Below are positions 27,988 to 33,035 of a stretch of 33,035 nt of DNA, piece by piece. The DNA lies in the IMG/VR virus record IMGVR_UViG_3300032330_002506, positions 1 to 33,035 of that record; one strand, 5' to 3'. A program made the position numbers and the translations under genes. A model generated the notes under the pieces. That model did no database searches. It worked only from the letters and a program-made list of their open reading frames with translations, and was not told where the DNA came from. Position 1 is the first letter of the stretch; the number at the start of each line of letters is the position of its first letter. Source of the stretch: a virus. Taxonomy: Duplodnaviria; Caudoviricetes.

Positions 27988-29051
27988 TTCCAATAAAAGG
28001 TTATTGCACATTTGATCCATTAAAGACTGCCATTGTGGGAGATGTGTTTCCTATTGAGAAGTTTAAACACATTAAGGAAGATAAAGTATTATCTCCATTG
28101 GCAAGAGTTATAGATGAAACCAAAGAGGATTTAGAAAACTTATCCAATACTCTAAAGAAGTTTGGAGTAAGGGTGCATCGTCCCAACATGAGCGAGACTC
28201 CAGATGATCTATCTGCTTATCGTAGAAAGCCTCCGCAACAAACTCGAGATGACATGGCCGTGGTGGGAGAAGGCTGTTTTGTGGCCAACAACTTGCCAGA
28301 GTATCATTATATCTTTGCTAATATTGACAGCGATAAAATGTACTATCCTGAACGATATATGGATTACACTGATCCCAGCTTCACCTATGAATTAAACATA
28401 GATCAAAACAACATACCAGACCAACAGAGATTATTGAGTACATCGTTCATACATCTATTGGGTAAAGATATATTTTGGGGGACTAACACACCGGGTTGGA
28501 AAGATTCTCCTATTATACAGCATCACAAACAACTGTGGGAGTCACAGGGATTTCGAGTTAATATACAAGCCACAGAAGAGATGGGCGGACATGGAGATGC
28601 CACTTGGTGTATTCTAAAACCAGGAGTGATAGTCACTCTACACGATCTACAGAACTATGCAGAAAAGTTTCCGGGTTGGGATATACTTTATTTGGAAGAC
28701 AAGTATTGGGATCAGTTATCACCTTTCCGTACCATGAAAAAGAAAGTGGGTGGTAAATGGTGGATACAGGGTGAGGAACACAATGATGAACTGATCAATT
28801 ATGTGGAGAGCTGGTTGGGCAATTGGGTGGGCTACTGTGAAGAGACTGTGTTTGAAGTCAATATGCTATCTATTAATCCAGAGCTGGTATTGGTCAACAG
28901 TTATAACGAAAGAGTTTTTCATTTTTTAAAGAAACATAAAATAGAGCCCGTGATATGTACACAGAGACATCGTTGGTTTTGGGATGGTGGTGTGCATTGT
29001 CTAACGCAAGATCTATACCGAGAAGGCGAACAGCATGACTACTTCTCCTAG
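27984..29051 (+). CDS. Amidinotransferase-family protein, divergent second copy
   Basis: FDPLKTAIVG, GVRVHRP, TRD, HGD, VNMLSI and DGGVHCLT; ATGA overlap supports start 27984. Confidence 0.85.
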   Translation: MIPIKGYCTFDPLKTAIVGDVFPIEKFKHIKEDKVLSPLARVIDETKEDLENLSNTLKKFGVRVHRPNMSETPDDLSAYRRKPPQQTRDDMAVVGEGCFVANNLPEYHYIFANIDSDKMYYPERYMDYTDPSFTYELNIDQNNIPDQQRLLSTSFIHLLGKDIFWGTNTPGWKDSPIIQHHKQLWESQGFRVNIQATEEMGGHGDATWCILKPGVIVTLHDLQNYAEKFPGWDILYLEDKYWDQLSPFRTMKKKVGGKWWIQGEEHNDELINYVESWLGNWVGYCEETVFEVNMLSINPELVLVNSYNERVFHFLKKHKIEPVICTQRHRWFWDGGVHCLTQDLYREGEQHDYFS

Positions 29052-30039
29052 AATAATACAACTCTGGACCAGTGACAGAGTAATACACAATATACAATCT
29101 GTACTGATAGACCTTTGTGATGCAATGAGCAAACAACAAGATATTCTATTGAGTAACTTTGGAGAAGGACCATGCCTAGCATCATTAACTTATAAACAGG
29201 ATACTGATTTATTAACATTACTTAAAGAATGTTGCAAAAGATTTAACTATGATCCTAAAAAATTAACCTATGAAACTGGTAATCAAATAGAAGATAAAAC
29301 ATTATGGCCTAATATTATTATTAATCATTATGCGGAAAGATTTTTTTTATTCTTTCAAAATAAAATAAAAAACTTTGATAAAAATTTTAAATATCATTTT
29401 GGTTCATTCATACAGCACAGTACATATCCTAGACTATACTTCGGCTCGCTATTGCATCATAGGTATAAAGATAAAAGTCTTTATTCTTTTAGGAGAGACT
29501 TATCTAATCCTGTAGATACAGTGAATATGGATGTGGAACAATTCTTATTTAACTTTTTAGATCGTTCTTACATGGAACAGCTCTTTGCTCTGTTAAAAGA
29601 TATTCCTATACAGCCATTACAAAGTGATCCGCGTAAGATAGATTCAACGGATTTGCTAGAATCTTATAACTCGTTCTTTGTTGATATAGTAACCGAAACT
29701 TATTTTTCTGGACGTACATTTTTTGTAACTGAGAAGACTGCAAGACCTCTTGCTACCAAAACACCATTTTTAATGTTCGGTGCAAAAAATACTTTAAAAA
29801 ATTTAAAACAGTTAGGCTTTCAAACTTTTGATAAGTTCTGGAGTGAGTCGTATGATGGAGCAGAAGGCAAGGAGAGATGTTTAATGATTGCAGATGTTAT
29901 TGAGAAAATATCTAAAATGCCAGTGGATCAATTAAAAGATTTATATAATAGAATGTTGCCCGTATTAGAACACAATTATAAAATATATCATCAGTTAAAA
30001 CCCAGCGATCTTAAGGATGGCTCGCTATTAGGATTTTAA
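29035..30039 (+). CDS. Putative glycosyltransferase (GT10-like), paralog 7
   Basis: DIVTET...VTEKTARP...GFQTFDKFWSESYD; most similar to paralog 5. Confidence 0.55.
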   Translation: MTTSPRIIQLWTSDRVIHNIQSVLIDLCDAMSKQQDILLSNFGEGPCLASLTYKQDTDLLTLLKECCKRFNYDPKKLTYETGNQIEDKTLWPNIIINHYAERFFLFFQNKIKNFDKNFKYHFGSFIQHSTYPRLYFGSLLHHRYKDKSLYSFRRDLSNPVDTVNMDVEQFLFNFLDRSYMEQLFALLKDIPIQPLQSDPRKIDSTDLLESYNSFFVDIVTETYFSGRTFFVTEKTARPLATKTPFLMFGAKNTLKNLKQLGFQTFDKFWSESYDGAEGKERCLMIADVIEKISKMPVDQLKDLYNRMLPVLEHNYKIYHQLKPSDLKDGSLLGF

Positions 30040-30045
30040 GATTCT

Positions 30046-30285
30046 TTATTTTTTAGAGTAATCTGGCAGTGGTCCACCGTACTTCTGACCTTTGACTCTT
30101 TTTCCGCCCACGGTTTGAGTCCTACCGTGTATCTTTTCTGGTCGGTGTCCTGATCGTTTCATTCGGCCCTGTGATTTACAAGATGATACCCATGATGCTG
30201 GTAGACTGGATTTAGGACGACTACAAACACCTCGTGGTGCTGGTCCTATAGATTCATTGGGCTGACATATTTCGTGGATCTTCAT
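30046..30285 (-). CDS. Small basic late protein (MKIHEI leader)
   Basis: TAAATA-N5-ATG 30285; SSCKSQG...KYGGPLPDY. Confidence 0.7.
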   Translation of the reverse strand: MKIHEICQPNESIGPAPRGVCSRPKSSLPASWVSSCKSQGRMKRSGHRPEKIHGRTQTVGGKRVKGQKYGGPLPDYSKK

Positions 30286-30385
30286 AAGCATATTTAATCC
30301 TTTGGCTCAAGTTGATCTATGCTTTATAGTTGTATGGTCGGGGTATAATAGGCGTAGATTAAGGCTGTGTTGTTCACAATTTTCA

Positions 30386-30452
30386 CTGTCATATGTATCT
30401 TATGTCAGCAGAGCTGTCATGTCTATCCTGTCATGATATCATATCCTGTCAT
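30386..30452. repeat. Cluster of CTGTCAT direct repeats in intergenic DNA
   Basis: CTGTCAT at 30386, 30414, 30428 and 30446; TGTCA at 30403; TATCCTGTCAT twice (30424, 30442). Confidence 0.8.
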
Positions 30453-30472
30453 AACATTCCATAAATACGGTC

Positions 30473-30919
30473 ATGAAGATATCAGAAATACTACAACCAA
30501 AAAATTCAAGTGCCATCAACGACACAGTGACACAAGATGTTGTGGCACAAGATATAGTGTCTTCTAATCGTTCGGCCATAATGGATGGTGTGGAGCGAAT
30601 TCTAAGACGAGTAAAAGGCAAAGGATTGAAGCAAGGGTTTCGTTGTACTTCAGGCCCACGAGCAGGCAGAGTAGTGGCTCAATCTTCCACTTGTAATGCT
30701 AGACTTAATCCAGGTAAAGGAGCCAAGATATCGCAGAAGAGACACGCGAAAGCGAAAGCCACAGCAATAAAAGCACGAAGAACCAAAGGGTCGGGCGGAG
30801 CATCTCAGAGATTAAAAAGTATTCAAATCAGTAAGAGCCGAGGTTCAGCACCTATTAAAAAGAGTAATAAGTTTTTAAAGAGTAAAATAGTTCCACCAAA
30901 AAAGTCTAAAAAGAAATAA
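30473..30919 (+). CDS. Very basic late protein (MKISEI leader)
   Basis: TAAATA-N5-ATG; FRCTSGPRAGRVVA...C; Lys/Arg-rich C-terminal half. Confidence 0.75.
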   Translation: MKISEILQPKNSSAINDTVTQDVVAQDIVSSNRSAIMDGVERILRRVKGKGLKQGFRCTSGPRAGRVVAQSSTCNARLNPGKGAKISQKRHAKAKATAIKARRTKGSGGASQRLKSIQISKSRGSAPIKKSNKFLKSKIVPPKKSKKK

Positions 30920-31003
30920 ACAAGCAAATTCAAAGACTTAAACGAAAGATCTGAAGTGATCTGGTTGTCCCTAGATTGACCTATACAGGATATAATATAA
31001 AGT

Positions 31004-31249
31004 ATGTATATGATCACAGATACAAAAATATTATCTATTGATGAGATATACGACATAATCCTAGAGAGCTATTTCCGTGGTGAGCTCACTGAGGGCGAGT
31101 GGATGATGAATCCAGCAAAGGTTATTCAGGTGTTTGAAATGGAATGTCTAAAACACGGTCATTCTGTGGCAGACTATACTTTATATAATACGAGCCTAGC
31201 AGATGAATGTGAATGTCATATAGATAAATTGAGAACCAAATTCATATAA
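31004..31249 (+). CDS. Acidic hypothetical protein
   Basis: 81-aa ORF; TATAAT upstream; start 31004 or 31010. Confidence 0.6.
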   Translation: MYMITDTKILSIDEIYDIILESYFRGELTEGEWMMNPAKVIQVFEMECLKHGHSVADYTLYNTSLADECECHIDKLRTKFI

Positions 31250-31262
31250 TATAAGTATTGTT

Positions 31263-31478
31263 ATGGACATCATTAGTATCGTCTCTGGTATTCTAAGTTG
31301 GCTACAGGTCAGCATGGGGCAGGCTTCTGTCACAGCAGGTACAGTATATCAAGGAGCGGCGATGATAGACAAAATTACCACAGAGGATTTTCGTGGAACT
31401 TGGACAGCAGAATTACAAGAGCAGGGTATTCAAACCATAAAAGGCTTTATAATTAAAGTAGAGAATAACAATGATTAA
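31263..31478 (+). CDS. Small putative exported protein A
   Basis: Hydrophobic N-terminus; TAAGTA-N5-ATG; aligns with 31738..31944. Confidence 0.65.
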   Translation: MDIISIVSGILSWLQVSMGQASVTAGTVYQGAAMIDKITTEDFRGTWTAELQEQGIQTIKGFIIKVENNND

Positions 31479-31665
31479 TGATATCTCATTACCGGGGATC
31501 ACAGCAGATTCTTTTAAAGATATAGATAAAAAGTCGCGAAAGAAATCTCGAAAGAAAACCAAAAAGAAAAAGACCAGAGAACTGTGGAGCGATGAATATT
31601 CAGACTATCAATACATATATAAAAAACATAGCACCCAGTCTAAAAAATCCAGCAAAAAGAAATAG
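31471..31665 (+). CDS. Lys-rich small protein
   Basis: 64 aa, GAGA SD-like sequence, overlaps the upstream stop. Confidence 0.55.
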   Translation: MINDISLPGITADSFKDIDKKSRKKSRKKTKKKKTRELWSDEYSDYQYIYKKHSTQSKKSSKKK

Positions 31666-31702
31666 CCTCGATAAGTCATTGATTCTGTTGACTTATTTCT
31701 GA

Positions 31703-31730
31703 TTGACAAATTACCAAACGATATTAGTAT
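31703..31730 (+). promoter_or_regulatory. sigma70-type early promoter, copy 1
   Basis: TTGACAAATTACCAAACGATATTAGTAT (TTGACA-N16-TAGTAT). Confidence 0.75.
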
Positions 31731-31737
31731 TAGATTT

Positions 31738-31944
31738 ATGAGAATATCAGTTTTGGTGATATCTGTACTACTAATATTATCCACATCTGCTCGAGCGGAT
31801 ATTACTGCTCGTGATGTTTGGGTGAGCCTCGTGATTGCTAGTAAAGTGATCACAAAGACTCAATCAGGCACTTGGGGGGCGAGCTTTCATGAAGAGGCCC
31901 ATCAGGGGATAAAGGATACTGTACGAAAAGCTGGACAAAACTAA
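31738..31944 (+). CDS. Small putative exported protein B
   Basis: Signal-peptide-like MRISVLVISVLLILSTSARA (A-x-A). Confidence 0.7.
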   Translation: MRISVLVISVLLILSTSARADITARDVWVSLVIASKVITKTQSGTWGASFHEEAHQGIKDTVRKAGQN

Positions 31945-31960
31945 GGCTTTTTTGAGTAGG

Positions 31961-31988
31961 TTGACATATTACCAAACGGTATTAGTAT
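31961..31988 (+). promoter_or_regulatory. sigma70-type early promoter, copy 2
   Basis: TTGACATATTACCAAACGGTATTAGTAT, 26/28 identical to copy 1. Confidence 0.75.
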
Positions 31989-32019
31989 AAGAGTTAATTT
32001 TAACAGGGAGGTTAATGCT

Positions 32020-32580
32020 ATGCCAAATTGGAATAGTAATGTAGTTGAAGTAAGAGGACCAAATAAAATTGTGAAAGAGCTTGTGGATCACAAGTTTGAT
32101 TTCCAAAAGATACATCCATGCCCAGAGGCATTGAATATCACAGCAGGTCGTGAAGGTGCTGATGATTCTGTGGAGCAGAAGGCTTTGGTTGCTAAAGAAA
32201 AAGCGAATTTAAAAAAATACGGATACAAGAACTGGTATGACTGGTGTGTGGATCAATGGGGCACCAAGTGGAACGCAGGTGGATCTGACAATGAAGAAAT
32301 GATAGTGGACTACGATGAAGATGTGGATGACACTGGCATCGCTCTATTCACTTTCTCATCAGCATGGGCACCACCCGTGGGAGTGTTTCAAAAATTAAAA
32401 GAACTACACCCAGACCTATACATACAGGGCAGATACTACGAGCCCGGCGTGGGGTTCTTTGGTGTGTGGGACGATGGTGACAATCGTTGCTATAATTTTG
32501 AGAGCATCGAGAAAGGATTCAAGGATGAGTTTTGGACTTCTGAGGACGGCATACTATTGGACGAGAACTTTGACATATGA
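32020..32580 (+). CDS. DUF1281/Api92(YubB)-like ferredoxin-fold protein, C-terminus possibly truncated
   Basis: MPNW..N, NWYDWC..QWGTKWN, FSSAWAPP and YYEPG; GGGAGG SD; stop lies at the composition junction. Confidence 0.75.
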   Translation: MPNWNSNVVEVRGPNKIVKELVDHKFDFQKIHPCPEALNITAGREGADDSVEQKALVAKEKANLKKYGYKNWYDWCVDQWGTKWNAGGSDNEEMIVDYDEDVDDTGIALFTFSSAWAPPVGVFQKLKELHPDLYIQGRYYEPGVGFFGVWDDGDNRCYNFESIEKGFKDEFWTSEDGILLDENFDI

Positions 32581-33035
32581 TTTGCTCTCCAAGCGCGCCG
32601 TGACGCCAGAAAGCGCGGCCTCCGCTTGCGCCAGCATGGGACCTAGCGCCTTGGCAACCGGCAGACCTCGTAGGGCCATTAGGCGGTAAGTCTCAATTTC
32701 TAACAAACGCTGTGAAATTCGCCCCGCGCGCGCCGGACTGGTTCCTAGGGGTGCGACCACCAGAATGCGCTCAAAGCCATCCTCGCCGATCTGAAACTCG
32801 GTCAGCGCACACGAGTGGCCATTTCCCAGCAGCGAACCTACAAGCTGTGCGCCCCCAAGCCATTGGCGCGCTTGGTCCATGATCGGTCCGCTCTGCGACA
32901 GGTCGGCAAAGTCGCCGTGCACCAAAGCCAGCGTCACGGCAGCCACAGTTGTGCCTGGAATATGACGCAACCAGCGCGACGGCAAGGCCCATTGGCTGGC
33001 CATATCCTGGGCACTTTGCACCACATCCGAAGAGG
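32578..33035 (-). CDS. Internal fragment of a bacterial DUF3422-family gene (GC-rich, non-phage)
   Basis: TEFQIGEDGFERILV...RAGRISQRLLEIETYRLMALRGLPVA; frame is open to the right edge and broken at the junction. Confidence 0.75.

Noticed and set aside
30386-30452. Canonical Pho box or CRISPR-like array
   Set aside because: The half-sites lack 11-bp periodicity, and the repeats are far too short and irregular for CRISPR.
30318-30452. Tiny minus-strand ORFs starting ATGACA, and 30367..30567 +
   Set aside because: The ATGs are a by-product of the CTGTCAT repeat; there is no independent support for translation.
31671-31696. Inverted repeat ATAAGTCA-N10-TGACTTAT as an att site or terminator
   Set aside because: Single AT-rich copy, weak U-tract and no recombinase in the window; its role cannot be supported.
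1-32580. tRNAs, introns/inteins, stop-codon recoding, DGR
   Set aside because: No cloverleaf, interrupted gene or reverse transcriptase was seen by eye, and ORFs tile densely under the standard code. tRNAscan and Infernal were not run.
1157-32992. Other short ORFs nested in or antisense to long genes (e.g. 1157..1405, 9439..9843, 14417..14752, 32771..32992)
   Set aside because: They overlap better-supported genes and have no recognisable motifs or start signals.
1-33035. 6-bp inverted match at the window ends (CCTCTT/AAGAGG)
   Set aside because: Too short, and both ends lie inside unrelated genes; chance.

Overview
Bases 1 to ~32578 are an AT-rich, gene-dense fragment of a large T4-like tailed phage. 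Evidence: a partial nrdA, a PD-(D/E)XK exonuclease, a beta-helix virion protein, probable head/decoration proteins, a DUF6267-like nucleotidyltransferase, T4-type late promoters (TATAAATA/TAAATA) and sigma70-type promoters. An alphaproteobacterial host is weakly suggested by DUF1178. Interleaved with these genes is a large enzyme set: seven paralogous GT10-like proteins (all on the + strand), a GT17 glycosyltransferase, a methyltransferase, a sulfotransferase, two SGNH-like proteins, two radical SAM enzymes and a divergent Ugd. At 21.5-30 kb there is a block with two amidinotransferases, a miniature DegT-type aminotransferase and a 2OG-Fe(II)-like oxygenase. This block is the best candidate for an undescribed system: phage synthesis and transfer of a guanidino/amidino sugar. 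Three ORFs missing from the supplied track were read by hand: nrdA, a 44-aa metallothionein-like peptide (11 Cys, 3 His) with its own late promoter, and a 48-aa basic peptide. Many genes appear leaderless (TAA[A/G/T]TA-N5-ATG). The last ~460 bp switch abruptly to GC-rich bacterial DUF3422-like sequence, probably a chimeric join. All family calls come from motif recognition; no database searches were run.
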